A stretch of 61,559 nucleotides of DNA, filler included, from Sphacelaria rigidula (GCA_964200075.2; 8 parts of 8 records of this genome joined end to end with filler, not necessarily neighbours in it); one strand, 5' to 3'; positions 1 through 12,913 are shown, counted from the whole stretch's first letter. Numbers and translations: made by a program. The notes: generated by a model from the sequence alone, not told the origin.

Positions 1-77
1 CAAACACCCTCCCTTGGGGCTGTTGTATCTACCAGACCAAATACATATATTACGAAACCAAATTACGACTCAGACTT

Positions 78-560
78 CTACTTCTCATTTCTTAAGACAA
101 GGGTAAAGTCACGGGAAATTTCAAAAAGACCTCTCGGCAGAGCCTTCGTGAGGATGTCCGCATGCTGTTCTTCGCTGGGAACATGCGTGATCTCGATCAC
201 ACCCTCCTCGGTTAAATTCCTGAGAAAGTGGTGCCTCACGTCATTGTGCTTACTCCTGCACGAGCTAAGCGGATTCTCTGCAAGCGCAATTGCACCCTCA
301 TCGTCCTCAAGTACCTCAATCTTTCGAGGCTTCACGCTAGGTGTCAAGAACTGAAGCATTCCGTTCACAAACAGAGCTTCCTTCACATCATCACTCATCG
401 CAAGATACTCTGCTTCAGAAGTCGACTATGAAACGCATTTCTGCGTACCTGGAAACCCACACTACAAGCATGGTATAGCCACAAAAACCAACGCTCTCGA
501 AACTTATCTACGGTCAGTGGCCTTGCTTGCAAAGTCGGCATCTATGTACACCAACGTGCC
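78..560 (-). pseudogene. Copia RNase H remnant
   Basis: YIDADFA..DRR, STSEAEYLAM, EDDEGAIALAENP, SKHNDVRHHFLR, QHADILTKAL. Confidence 0.93.
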
Positions 561-1620
561 TACGTCTACCGTACTGTCCTGCTTGAACTTCAGACTTAGA
601 TGCGCCGTTTCCAGAAGATAATTCAAAATCTTCTGGGCTGCCTTCCAGTGGCTCTTCTTTGGCTCGTGAGAGTGCCTCACCACCGCCCGCACAACATTCG
701 AGATGTCGGGCCCTGTCTGGTTGGCGATCCACATCAGGCTCCCCACCACCTCTCGGAACGGCATATCTCCTGCCCCCTCATCCTCTATCAAGGACCTGTT
801 ATCGTTCGCAAAGGAAGCAGGGATCGAGCCGGTGCGAAAAATATTGAATCTCTCGAGAACACTCCTAATGTAACTCTCTTGAGAAATCTCAATCGTGCCA
901 GCCTCGCGGTCGCGAATAAATATGCAACCAAGAAAGAACTTGACCTGACCCAAATTCTTCGTAGGAAGAGAGTCACATAGCACTTTCACAACCACCTTGG
1001 CAAGACTCTTAGTTCATGCATATAGAATGTCATCCACTTGAATGGCGACCATACCCATCACCTCGTGTCCCAGAATGAAACGCAGGACACAGGGGTCAGA
1101 CAGAGACTGCTCGAAACCAATCCTCTTCAGGCCCGACACTAACCTGTTGTAAAATGTTTTAGATGCCTGCTTCAATCCGTACAAACTCTTGTTCAAACAG
1201 ACAACCTTTCCTGACATCGAACCGCAGCCAGGAGGCAACTTGATGAACACCTCGTGATCTAATTCCGACTGAACAAACGCTTGCTCAATATCCCAGTTGA
1301 GTAATTCCAAGTTGTACTTGCACGCCAACGCCACTAGCAATCGCATCGATGCAACATTTGCAGTAGGCGAGAAAGTTTCAAGATAGTCAACACCATACTT
1401 CTGCTTGAAGCCCTTCGCTACAAGCCTAGCCTTGGCCTCCACTATCTTCCCTGTTTCATCTGTTTTCCATTTGAAAACCCATCTAGCATCAATCACATTA
1501 CAGCCTACTGGAATCTTTACTGCTAACGTGAACGTTCCTGCTCTTATCAAGCCTTCAACTTCTGCAGACATGGCTCCATCCCAAATGTTTGCGTGCTTCG
1601 ATTGCCGAGCTTCTTGATAG
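504..1620 (-). pseudogene. Copia reverse transcriptase (RVT_2) remnant, split by a stop/frameshift near 1000-1015
   Basis: EPGSYQEA, WVFKWK, KARLVAKGFKQKYGVDYLETFSP, DIEQAF, LNKSLYGLKQA, QVDDIL, FLG, ISQESYI, FREVVGSLMW. Confidence 0.95.
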
Positions 1621-1755
1621 CTACCAGGTTCTGACTCAACATCCTGAACGAGTTATTTCGACAATTCCACGGCGTCACCTGCTCTCTGCTCTGCTAAGAA
1701 TGCATACATTATCTCTGATGCAGAGATGGGTCCTAGGGTGGCCACAAGGCCAGAC

Positions 1756-2006
1756 GACACTTTCTACGATAGCCCCCCCCCCCCAAAACCAGCCAAAAAT
1801 GTCACGGAAAAAATGGTCATACAGCGCCTGATGTTCGGGTTCAGGCTTCATGAAGCGCCTCATATTGGCGACATTCGCTAGAACGAACCCAAGCGTGGGA
1901 ATTCCCAGCTTCTCGTTATGCTCGGCTTTTCCCATTTCGAGTTACGTGAAGATTTTGACTTCCAAAACCATGCACTATTTTTTGGGAGGCTATCGTAGAA
2001 AGTGTC
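1756..2006. mobile_element. MITE family A (251 bp, TIR GACACTTTCTACGATAGCC, 4-bp TSD AGAC) inserted into copia pol
   Basis: Matching TIRs, AGAC on both flanks; excision restores the copia reading frame (QQSLS-GLVATLG...EPGSYQEA). Confidence 0.93.
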
Positions 2007-2530
2007 AGACAAGCTCTGCTGCTTTATTGCATGGGTTTGCGCACGAGTTCTACCTTCTCTTACTTCATCCTTCTCACGCGCATCAGTATTAAAATTAGCA
2101 AGCTCAGCGACATGCCACGGACGACGAGCGGCTGAAGGAGGTGCCTCCGCCTCTACTTCCTGCTCTCCCGGCCCAATCGATTCTACATCACCATGCCCTC
2201 CCGGCCCAATCGACTTTACCTCATCATCCCCTCCCGGATCCGCCGTCTCTACTTCCCCTGCCTCCTGCCCTCCCTGCCCCCCCCTGTCTATCTCAAGTGC
2301 TGGAGAAGACACAGAGGGAGCTGCACTACTAGAGGAGTTGTTCACGGGCGAAGACGCCACAGAGGGGGAAGATGGAACAGAGGGAGATTGGCCTACACTG
2401 CCTGCATCAACACTGCCAACCTCATCGATTCCTGCACCATAGGGTAACACTGCATCACAATTCACACGAATAAGAATGTGTTGAATTCCCCCTTCCTGCA
2501 AGCGGCCATACTTCAGCTTCTACATCGTCG

Positions 2531-3610
2531 TCACTTTCCTCCCCCCCCCTCTTCCGCGATCTTAATCGGCAGAGGAGGTTGCGGTGGAGGGAGCTTTGAC
2601 GGCAACGCCTCCCACGTCACATCTCTCGTTTTCTGCATAGTCCCAGTCCTCGTAAGTACTCTATGACAATCACGCGGGTGGTCTCTCGAAGGACCGACAT
2701 AAAAGCAACTCTCACCTTTGAGTTGCAGCTTAGACAGTCGCTGCCACCTGCGGTAAGCCGGCTTCAAAAACGGATACGGTCTAGCAGGACGAGGTTCTTC
2801 ATACCACATCTCATACGGCGACTTAGAGTCAGGGTTAGCAGAGCACGCTGTGTGGTTAAGTGCCTCGCAAGCCCAGTGCATTGCCACAGCCGAAAGTCTG
2901 TCAGTCTTGGGTAACTGCACATGCCCAAACAGAACTTTCGCCTGAATACGAGCCGCCATAGTGGCCTCCTCAATCAATCCCAATCCACGCTCTGTGACAC
3001 CGTTATATTGGGGACTGTAAGCCGGAGTGAACTCTTGTTTGGTCAAAAGCTCATTGCACATGGATGCAAACTCCCCCCCGAAAACCTCCCCTCCATTGTC
3101 AGATCTAGCAATCTCAACTAATGATAGGATTCCATCAGCACGCACATTAGCAAGAAAACTTCGGGAAGCACTCCCAGCGTCTGACTTACTTCTCAGGAAA
3201 TACAGCCATGTACGCCTTGTGAAATCATCCTTCACAATCATGGGGTAGTGTTTACCCCCTATGGGCGCAACGCCCTTCCTCTTTCCCAGGTCAACAAAAA
3301 CTCTGCCCAACTTTCTATCCGATCTACGCTTAGGTTCATGAGCAATTCCTTTCCTAATAGCCTTCGACATCGAACATACCGTACAAGCATGCATGTCACC
3401 GGTCAACTCGGTACCTCGTCGTTTTGTAGTAGTACGAAGTAATCCCTCGTGTGAATGAGCATAAACGTTATGGAACTCGTTCACATCCATCTTCTTTTCA
3501 TGCTTGGGGTTTGAAGGAGTGAGGGCAACCAACACCGAACCAACAGAGTCATCTCCCAGACGATACGCAGTCGCAGTTAGCATGCCATCGAAGTTCTGAA
3601 AAGTTGACAT
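2531..3610 (-). pseudogene. Copia GAG-pre-integrase/integrase (rve) remnant
   Basis: H..YAH...C.VC zinc motif, VFVDL, IVKDDFTRRTW, RSDNGGE, FTPAYSPQYNGVTER. Confidence 0.93.
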
Positions 3611-4391
3611 GTCCGTCGTGAGCAGTCATCACACCATCAGGACCACCAAGACCATTCCATGACTTGCCATCAAACTCTGCGCTAGGGGAAAAGAGGTTAT
3701 ACCCTAAGTTGAGAGAGTCCAACAAGTTCTCCAACTGTACGGAAAATTTGCTGTCAGCAGTCACAAACACCAACTCCAGTGTTTCAGAGAGTGCTACCTC
3801 ACAAGTCACGTCACCAGTCCTTTTTACGTTCTTGTGGCAAGGCTTTGCATCCTTCATACAAGAAGAATACAAAAAAGAGAACCAGTCATGTGGAAAGCAG
3901 TACCCGTGTCTGCATACCAATCTTCGACACACCTATCCTTCCTTACAAGAGAAAATAATTCACGAACAGCATCATCACTGAACAAGCACTCACGCAGCAT
4001 GGCATCTTAAATTGCTACCAGACACGTCAGATCACTCGAGTTGTTCAAGCTGGTTTGAGAGAGAAACACCATGCTAGACCTTTCACCGTTCTCATCCTGG
4101 TCGTCCTCGGAGTTTCTGGTCTGGGTAAGACGAGCGATCACGCGAGCCAGGCTGTCCTTCCTCAAGTGAGCCTTCTCTCTATGAACAATGGGTCATTTCG
4201 ACAGAACACCACAAACGTTTCACGCAAAGTCTTGTACTCGTGCGACAGTCCCTCAAGCATTAGGTTGCACACCTCTCTGTCATCTTTTTTGACTGTGGAT
4301 AATAAGATTTCAATTCTCCGGGTTTCTCATCCCCAATAAAAGATCCATCCCCAATTTGTAAGATCCCGTGTTAGGTGGGTAAACGTTTTGA

Positions 4392-4632
4392 GCCTTCAGA
4401 GGAATTAAACGCCCCCGGAGGTGTGCGCGGCCCTCCAGAGGAGACGTTTTGGTTTCCTCCAGATGGATTAAACGCCTCCGGAGACTTGTTTTGCCTCCGG
4501 AGGGCCGCGCATGCCCCAAATTCCTCCGGAGGAGTGCGCGGCCCTCCAGGTCGGTAGAGGTTTGTTTCCTCAAGAGGAATTACAAGCCTCCGGAGGCTTG
4601 TTTGCCTCAGGAGGGCCACGCATCCTTCCGGG
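4392..4632. repeat. GC-rich tandem repeat (~112-bp period), each unit self-complementary
   Basis: Units ~4419-4512 and ~4531-4623, each TGCGCGGCCCTCC...GGAGGGCC(G/A)CGCA, with recurrent CCTCCGGAGG palindromes. Confidence 0.8.
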
Positions 4633-5556
4633 GGCATTTCGGGGGGAAGCCAAATGGCCGCGTGTGTAAGGTGCCTCATGGACGACATTGGCGGATTTTA
4701 CGACTACTATAGAGATTTTGCAGCTGCTCTGTGCACACACGAGCTTCTTTTCTTCGTTTCGTGTGACAGGTCCACGTGAAATTTTGTTTGGCGTAGATTT
4801 TGTCACAGGGGGCTGTGCAAAACACTTCGTGAAATATTCTACGCTTCAGGGCTTTCGACCGCGGGTACGGAGTATGTACTTCGAACTAGAATAACACAGA
4901 ACGGGAGCAGCCGCCGGTTTTGGACGTGAGCTAACCTTGCCTGCGCTTACTACAGACAGTGCCGCGCAAATGCGTCGTCGCGAAAGCTCCGCCGACCGAA
5001 CGTCCGTAAGGAGTCTGACCAGCGAAATTATATGGAGCTAGATCAATGAACATGAGACGACAACGTTTCCCTGTGACGACGGATCGTGAGCGTCACCCCA
5101 CCTCAATCCACAAAATACAACACATGCACCGTAGGTACGGTACGTACCCCGTACCGCTATTTGGGACATCTCATACCCTACCGTACCATATCGGTCCAAT
5201 CGGCTATTTTAAATTGCCATACCCACGATACCCACGATACCACGGTATTCCGATATTTGAATACTAACGAGTCGATGCATGGACATATCCGTCGATCGAT
5301 GGTTGCGCCGCAGGCAAAAAAAAACGTTACACGACGCAAACGCCTCTCTCATTCCTGGAATAAATCAACTTATCATGATTAAATCAAGTTATTTTGACTT
5401 GATTGATTCAAGTTGATTAGATTATACAGATTAACTAATCAGCGAGGCGTTGACGTGATTGTTGATATAAATCAAATCAACTTTTAAATCAAAATCAACC
5501 GTGATTTGATTGTTGGTATACAACCCTACTGTCATGATAATTTAGATAGAGCCTAT

Positions 5557-5812
5557 CACGGTTCGGACAAATCATTGCCGGTTCGAGTAGCCAAATCCAC
5601 GATTTCTTAGGCCTGATTGCTCGAAATAGAGAAAAAGGTCGACCGCTTGTCAAACAGGTCTCCACGCAACGTTTGCACCATTCCATGTGCCTGGGCTGCG
5701 CGTACCTGGCTTGCACCGCTGAAAACAAAGCCTAAGGATTGATTCGTACGGTACGAATCAATTTCACTGAAATAAAGTGATTTCTAGACGAATCATCAAT
5801 TCGTCCGACCGT
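5557..5812. mobile_element. MITE family B (~255 bp, imperfect TIR CA(C/A)GG..CGGAC)
   Basis: Reverse-orientation homolog of 20756-20984, 57064-57321 and 43831-44085; partial copy ~18180-18320; core TTTTCAGCGTTGCAACCCAGGTAC. Confidence 0.8.
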
Positions 5813-7052
5813 GGGAAGCTACAGACAGTAGACAGTGCAGTGCAGTACAGTACAGACAGTACAGTATCGTTCACTGTTCTCAACGAAGCAGCACCTCCGG
5901 CTTCTCTTCGATGTTCGTAATGGGGACATACACACAGCACAGTGGGAGAGCACACTCAGCATACAATACACACACTTGGCTGTAGGCTTAGAAGAGGGAA
6001 GATAGCAACACGCAGTAGGAAACAGTAACAACAGCAGACCCCAGACGCTTTGCCTTGGGTTGCCGACGTCACATACTGTACAATATGAACCAGAGGGAAG
6101 GCACCCTCGGTACACATTACACGAACTCTTGGCTGTATACTAAGAAGAGGCGAGGTAGAAAAAAAGACAGAGACCAACGCAGACAGCGATGGCCATAGTA
6201 GATGCGAACTCCTGGCGGATTTTGACTACAGCCAGGCTCGCCTTGCCGATTTTGTGGTCGCTCCATCATTGTTGTCCGCGGCAAAAAATCAAAAAGTGAC
6301 GACCCGATTTGAGTTCGCTCGTGGCAGGGTTGGTACGGCATCAACACGTTTTGTATGCTTGTCAAACCCCGTGCGAAGCGCAGCTCTACAAGCACAAATA
6401 GTTCAGCAGTGCAAGGTCGCACCTGTACAGTCTCCATTTGTCACCGTGGAAGCCGAGATACGTCCGCCGCCCGCGGACTTTGCGACCACAAGCGCCCGTA
6501 CTACCACCGTATGTCGACAGTCGACACAGCCATGACGGAGAGTAGTTCGAATCAATCAGATCACGTACTTTAACGCTCCCCTAATATCTCAGCCACGGAC
6601 GGCGTCGGCACGCACAAGCGAAGGAAAAGAAGAAAGAAGCAATGAAGCTGAACCTTCTTGAGGGTGTTTAAAGTGATTCGGAGAGCCGATTGCTGCGTGT
6701 GATGCCTCCAACCTCCAGGAGTACCTCGTTTGAAGTTGCGACAGTCAAGTCTGAGAAGTTCAGTCAAGACTAGCACTAGTCAAAAGGGGTCGAGTTCGTC
6801 TGTTCATGAGATCGCTCACAGACAGAAGCGAAACACAACGCCATGAGCACCATTGACGTTCAAACTTCTTGAGGGCGTCTCGATTGATGGTAGAAGAGCG
6901 ATGGGATGGTTTTTTCGCGCAGAGCGGCTTCGAATCCATTCGGCGAAAAAATGTGCGTGGATCATATCTTCGTTGTGAGACCGGACGGATAGGGCAGGAT
7001 TTTTTTTGAATTTCGATCCAGTAAAACCCTGTTCGGCCTGGAGCCTCAAAGG

Positions 7053-7144
7053 AATAGCTTCTCCTGCTGTCCGAGATGAATTCTTTTTTGCCCGAGTTGA
7101 ATCGGGCAAAAATGAGTTCATCTCGGACAGCAGGAGAAGCTATT
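7053..7144. repeat. Near-perfect ~92-nt hairpin, followed by a second imperfect hairpin (~7187-7291)
   Basis: AATAGCTTCTCCTGCTGTCCGAGATGAA...TTCATCTCGGACAGCAGGAGAAGCTATT. Confidence 0.9.
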
Positions 7145-7608
7145 AAAAACAGATTTGTTTTTGGCCAATTTGGGCAAAAAAGGATATATTTCGAGCAGCA
7201 GAAGTAGGTTTTCGAAATATATTGTTTTTTCGCCCAATATATATGAGCGAAAAAAATATCTATTTCGAAGAGCTTCTTCTGCTGCGCAAATCACTGGCAA
7301 ATTTGGAATTTGAACAGCAGAAAAAGCTCGAAATAAATCTTCACTTTGCCCTTCAATTCATCCGGAAATTGGGCAAAACGAGATTTATTGCGAGCAGCGT
7401 CAGCTGGGCATATCGCGCATACTGCACTGTTATCAGCATATGGGATCCGACAAGTAGAAAAATTGGTGAAAATAATTCATCCTTTTGCCCCCCGATCCAT
7501 GCGCATGGGCTAAAGGATGAATAGCTCTCAACAGCTTGTAACAGTGTTTTCGTGAGATTGAGAGTAGATGATACGATTGAGAGTGGCATTGATCATTCGC
7601 TTTAAGTG

Positions 7609-7708
7609 NNNNNNNNNNNNNNNNNNNNNNNNNNNNNNNNNNNNNNNNNNNNTTAATTAATTAANNNNNNNNNNNNNNNNNNNNNNNNNNNNNNNNNNNN
7701 NNNNNNNN
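7609..7708. other. Artificial contig linker N44-TTAATTAATTAA-N44 (also 15317-15416, 23025-23124, 30732-30831, 38439-38538, 46146-46245, 53853-53952)
   Basis: Identical 100-nt spacer with all-frame stop linker recurring every 7707-7708 nt. Confidence 0.98.
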
Positions 7709-7743
7709 GCGTGTGGGCGGGGCGGGGGTGGGCGTGGGGGGGT

Positions 7744-7797
<54 letters not shown>

Positions 7798-8970
7798 CTG
7801 GGTTGATCTCCCGATACTTTAGACTCGTCCCGAGGCAGGAGAGGGTTCGAAAGTACAGCAAAAGAACAAGAACAGAAACAAGCGCGGAACATTTCGGCGG
7901 AGGCTGACTAGTCGTGTTGGTGAGAGCTAGTTGATCCATGGGTTGTCTCGCCTTTCCCTTTGCTACTCCGCCACAAATTCAGCCGTGGCTGATTGATTAC
8001 AAGATACACAGGCGACGTTCATAACCCCAACGTGAATATTCCACACACAAACAGCACCCGTGGGTAGAAAACGGGAACATAACAACTATGACAGAACTGA
8101 AAATGTTTTGCGTCCGTGTATGCACCAATGGCTTCTTGCCCTCAGGAGGTAATGGGTCTACGCCGAGCTGTGGCGGCGGACACCTTACCGCCGCATGCGA
8201 CCGGAACGGTCGAGCGCCCCGCTTTCGATGACGGAAGGTAAGGGTCTATTCCTGTCGGCCGCGGGCATGCGGGGAGTATTTCGCTCGCCCTTCGTTCCAG
8301 TATCAAGTGGGAATTTCTGCTCACGTCTCTGCATGCCGTGGAAATGCGAGAATTCTCTAATTTGTACTTGATGCTAGCGTAGCGCTTGAATTGCTTCCGA
8401 TATATATATATATATATATCGTCCCAAACTTGTGCTTGTTGTGTTTTCCCCTTAAATTGCAACTGGAGCGATGCTCCCCAGCTGAATAACCGTTCGTGTT
8501 TTTGTTTCATCCCCCATCCTCGTTCTTTCTTTCCTCAGCATCTCATGTGTTTATATCCGTCTCCCGTTCTCTCCATGTTTATTTTTGTTCCTCTCTGTCT
8601 CTTCTTGTTTCTCCTCTTGTATTTTCGTTTCTTGTCTTTGTTGATGTTTTGTGTTCATGCATCTGCCTTGCTTTCTTTTCGTTTTGTTTTGATCAGTTTT
8701 GGGTCTACGCACCTAAAGCACCATCCAAGAGCAGCCTGTCGGGATGTCTTTCATCAGATCCACTACTAGATGCCAACACGGATTCTTCTTGTGTCCCTCT
8801 TTCCTTTCCTTTCCTTTCCTTCCCCTTCCTTTCCTCTCTGTTCGTTTTGGTCTGCATTGTTTGTTCACTCCTTCACTTGTAATTCTGTCTCGCGCCTCGA
8901 GTTTCCTTTAGCGCGTTGATTGATTAATTGATTCACTCACTCATCGATCGATCGATTGATTTTCGTACTT

Positions 8971-9221
8971 GACACTATCTACGATAGCCCCCCCGGAACC
9001 AGCCCGCCGAAAAGTGTCACGAAAAAAATGGACATACAGCGCCTGATGTTTGGGTTCAGGCTGCATAAAGCGCCACATATTGGCGACATTAGCGAGAACG
9101 AACCCAAGCGTGGGAATTGCCAGGTGCTCGTTGTGCTCGGCTTTTCCCATTTCGATATACGCAGAGGTTTTGCCTCTCCGAACCATGCACTTTTGGGGGG
9201 GGGGCTATCGTAGAAAGTTTC
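8971..9221. mobile_element. MITE family A, second full copy
   Basis: Colinear with 1756-2006, same TIRs, flanks ACTT/ACCT (degenerate 4-bp TSD). Isolated termini also at ~15243, ~25101-25125 and ~54160-54188. Confidence 0.9.
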
Positions 9222-10806
9222 ACCTTAACGGGTCCATCACTGACCCGGTCGTTGCCATTGTCCACAACATCGACGTACCCGAGATAAGCAAAGCGGAAGC
9301 ACTCGCAGGAGAAAAGTGAAGAAAACAGAAAAGGTACAAGTGACAAAGAGACCAGACTGAAAGTACGTGGAAAACCACCCACCCACCCACCCACCCAACC
9401 GCACAAACAGACGAATAAACAAAGTGAAACGAAGACAAGAAAACAATCTTCAAATTTCTGGTCTCCATAACGCGGCTTCAGGTGAAAAAGGTCTTGCGCA
9501 AACACACAGTGCACTCATAGCCAATCGATGGAAAACAAACGCCGTGGTAACAAATTACCACGCATCTATGAGTTCTCTTACCCATGAAATCAGGTGAGTC
9601 ACCAAATTGTGGCTTGCATACACCAGGGGGGAAGAAACACACACTCACATAGAGAAGGAGGGAGATACATGGGGAGGGGGAGAGACACAGAACCAAGGAG
9701 GAGACTACCGAAGTGATGAACACCCAAGAACACGGCACCGTAAAGCAGATATAGGCGCACATATCAGGGAATACCGCAAGATCGTCTACCAAGGATATCA
9801 CTAACAGCATATAGGAAAAAATGGGGGGTACACCAGTTTCCGTGCTAACCCACTTGGGGTGTCGGTTTATTCACGCGGGGTACGTCCATCCCGTGAATGA
9901 ACTACGCCTAGATTCATAGCAGATCGCTTAGTCGAGAGATTCGGAAACGCTTTTTGTTTGTTTGTCTGCCTAAACGCCTTGTCAGCGTCCGTGTCTCATG
10001 GAATTAACACGTTCAAACACTTCTGTGTTTTGTTTCAGACAACGCATACATGCGGAACTGGAAGTGACGAGAGAACTATCGGGGATTGTTTGGAAAGTGT
10101 CAAAGTCATGAGAAACACACTGATGGTCAATGCTATGTTGACAGGAAAAAACTCGTTTCCGAAACTCTCTAATGCGCGATACGCAATAGACCAAACGACC
10201 AATTCCGTTCGTCTACTTGTACGCTACGCAGAAGAAGTACTTTTTTTTCCCAGCTGTATTGATTTTCAAGGTTCCGTTGGAATTTCCGGTCAAATATTTT
10301 CCCGTCTATCCGCATTTAATGAAAATGAAAATACTTAGCACACGTGCCTAATAGGTACGCTTTGCTCACTAGCGCGAATTACTTGGGTCTGTCCCGAGGT
10401 TATCTCAGGAACCCTGATCGACTTTAAAGCCTTGCCATGTGCGTGGTCGCGGAGCGTTTTCTATGCCCGATATGCCATTATTGCGCCGCCGCCGCCACCA
10501 GCAAGAACCCTAAACATTTACCCTGTGGAAAAGGACACAAATTTGTTTAGTATTGGTCTGCATGGTACAGCCAGAATTTCTGGCTCTACGGGGGCAAGCA
10601 GACAAGTTGGGAGCCATGTCCATGGTGACGGCATGTCATCCTCAAACGTCCAGTGAGTTTGTTTACAGACACTGTGACGAAGCACCCCACCCTCACCGAC
10701 CAATCATCAAGTAAAACAGTCAACATAGCTAGACAACAATCCTCATACGTACGCGGGCAAGTGCAAGGCCAACATCCGTGTTCTTTATCGAGCAGCAGAC
10801 GTTTAG

Positions 10807-11796
10807 CCTAGCGACGACGAGGACGGCTATTGGTGTCCGTGCATGTTCGCCCACCGCGGGTGGGTTTCCGTAACTTGGGTCTATTTCTCGGTTCTTCTTC
10901 AGCTATCAAGAGTGCTTTAATGTTTGTTTTGTCTCAGGTACGTCTATCATGTGGATTATGACCAAGTAGGGATCCCTCGGGGATCAGTTAAAGTGGGTAA
11001 TGACAATCAATCAAGAGCGAATCCATTCCATCCTTCCACGAACCTATGGGCCCTGAACGAAAGATTCCTGAAGGCCTCCCCGCCGAAGGGTTGCCCTGAG
11101 ATTGTGGTGTTGATAAATTGTGAATACGGTGGATCTCTGTACAATTCTAGACACTTCTGCCGCGCCCCCATGCCGAACCGTAGGGTGCTGCAACCTCCAG
11201 TGGCGAGCCCTGGACATTCCTCGCCACAATTGGGTCGTCGGGGTGGTGGTGGCGGCGGCGGTAGTAGCGGCTTCAGTACGACAGGCTTCAGGCCGTGGAT
11301 TCATAGCGGAAAGCTGGGACAACACGCCCGTCGGTTCACGCACCGACCCCGAACATCATCAGCCGCCATAGCAAGTTCACAACGGCAGCACCTGCACGAG
11401 CATCAGCGTCAACATCAACATCAACATCAACATCAAGGTAAATGCGTCAACAACGACGACTACGACGACGACGACGACGACGACGACGACAATGACAGTA
11501 AGCACCACCGTCAACAACACCATCACGCCAGCCATCACGACACGACTCTAGCTAGTTCAGATGCCGCACGCGGGACGAAGGAGGAAGGACAGGAAGGTGG
11601 AGGAGGAGAAGGGCGAAGACACGGGGAGAAAGATATGAACGGATCAACCACAGTTGCTCCATCGGCGGGGAAATTCGGCGCGGCGGTAGAGGGAAGCTTC
11701 ATCGGCGATCCCGACGCGGAGGATGCGTGGTCTTGCTGCGGGAAAACTCTTGCGACGGGCGGGTGGGGGTGCGAACCGGGGGAGCCCAGCGCAACG
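10807..11796 (+). CDS. Exons of an uncharacterised gene (10807-10859, 10938-11796); His/Gln/Asp low-complexity region and a W-S-C-C...G-C cysteine motif
   Basis: Long ORF with in-frame QH and D trinucleotide runs; ctcag acceptor at 10937 and gtacgt donor at 11797; phase-compatible small upstream exon (DDEDGYWCPCMFAHRG-YVYHVDY). Confidence 0.65.
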
Positions 11797-11935
11797 GTAC
11801 GTGGAGTTTGTTGTACAACAGTAGTAGAATATATGTGCACAGCGCCTAGTGTACGATGTGGAATGTTGTATGATCAGGGGGTATGGCCGCGAACAAAAGG
11901 AGAGATTGTTATGGATGATGTTCTTAGTATGGTTA

Positions 11936-12852
11936 CGAGCTGGGCCGGCAGTCAATCCCATATTCTCTCTCTGCACTACAACTTCTCGAGTTTCCGAAAT
12001 CAGCGCGACTTGAGCATATCGTTGTGAACTGCAGACTAACCTGGTAACACACGGCACCGCCGTTGCTTGATTGGTGCAGTTCTGGCGATGATGTTTTTGT
12101 ACTGCGTTGAGTACCGGGTACCTCTCTTGCCATTGCGTGACAACGTGTCTGGAGACGTTTCGTTTCACAAAATACCCTGGAATCACGATAGACCGTTGCG
12201 CCGCATAGGCACAGGCACACCCGACATGCCCAAGCAAGAGCACGCTGGTCGTGCTGCAAGATGACATCAAGCTCGTCATAAGCTCCATAAGAGGAGAGAA
12301 CTTCCGAGCCAACTGTCGTATATCACCGCACGAGGGAGAAGTACTACTTGAAACTGCGCTACACCCCTCCCCCCAAAAGAAAGACCATCACCAAAACATC
12401 GAGACCCTTTGCAACCCAGAGGCACGAGAGATTTTGCACGATTAGTGTGCACAAAGACACTTTTTGTCGTGTCGGGATTCGAACTCGTGACCTCTATCAT
12501 TTGATGCTGTCGTATCAGTTTGACAACCGGGGTCACATAAAAAGTGCGACGCGGAGCCCAATTTTACGTATTTTTGGCTGAAATGTTATAAGGATGTGGT
12601 TGACGCGAGTGCCCGTATGCGCCGCAGCGTTGTCATCGTTTTTATCAACTTTTGGTGAAGGGATAGCATTTTTCCTGTTTTTGCTGAAACTTCAACTCGC
12701 TCTCACTTCCGTTTTTTTTTCCTCTGCACCCCTGACAGGGTTGCGCGGATTGATGATAAAAATATCGTGTCGAATTTCAGCGCCTAACTCTTCGAAACGC
12801 CAAAAGCATCTCCACTCTTCGTTTAAAAATCACTGATGGCCCGCCCAGCTCG
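11936..12852. mobile_element. TA-flanked non-autonomous DNA transposon family C (TIR CGAGCTGGGC), inverted relative to 49576-50721
   Basis: TA|CGAGCTGGGCC...GCCCAGCTCG|TA; internal blocks ~12000-12065, ~12470-12590 and ~12750-12790 match the 49576-50721 element in reverse. Confidence 0.8.
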
Positions 12853-12913
12853 TACAAAAGCTGATTCGTGTACATGTCGTTTGGTCCTTCGACCACGAAT
12901 ATTTCGATGAAAA

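Larger units (their letters stand above)
7..4335 (-). mobile_element. Degenerate Ty1/copia LTR retrotransposon (gag-PR-IN-RT-RH), 5'-truncated; 3' LTR runs off the contig start
   Basis: Copia domain order on the minus strand: gag-like LMLEGLSHEYKTL (~4200-4330), protease WYADTGTAFHMT (~3885-3920), integrase (2531-3610), RT (504-1620), RNase H (78-~560). Purine tract AAGGGAGGG (15-7) is followed by TG at 6-5. Multiple stops and frameshifts. Confidence 0.95.

Noticed and set aside
4392-4632. CRISPR-like repeat-spacer array
   Set aside because: Only ~2.5 degenerate units, spacers are mutually similar, no cas genes, eukaryotic context
5870-6780. Possible minus-strand exons (METVQ..., PRVRVMCTEG...) and others at 8142-8400 and 9225-9300
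   Set aside because: No consistent phase chain or recognisable homology
7735-7797. Poly-Pro/poly-Gly ORFs
   Set aside because: Poly-G homopolymer at a contig edge
12209-12340. Candidate exon (AHPTCPSKSTLVVLQDDIKLVISS...), and similarly ~14008-14070
   Set aside because: Both lie inside TIR-bounded repeats with no homology support; not excluded, but not callable
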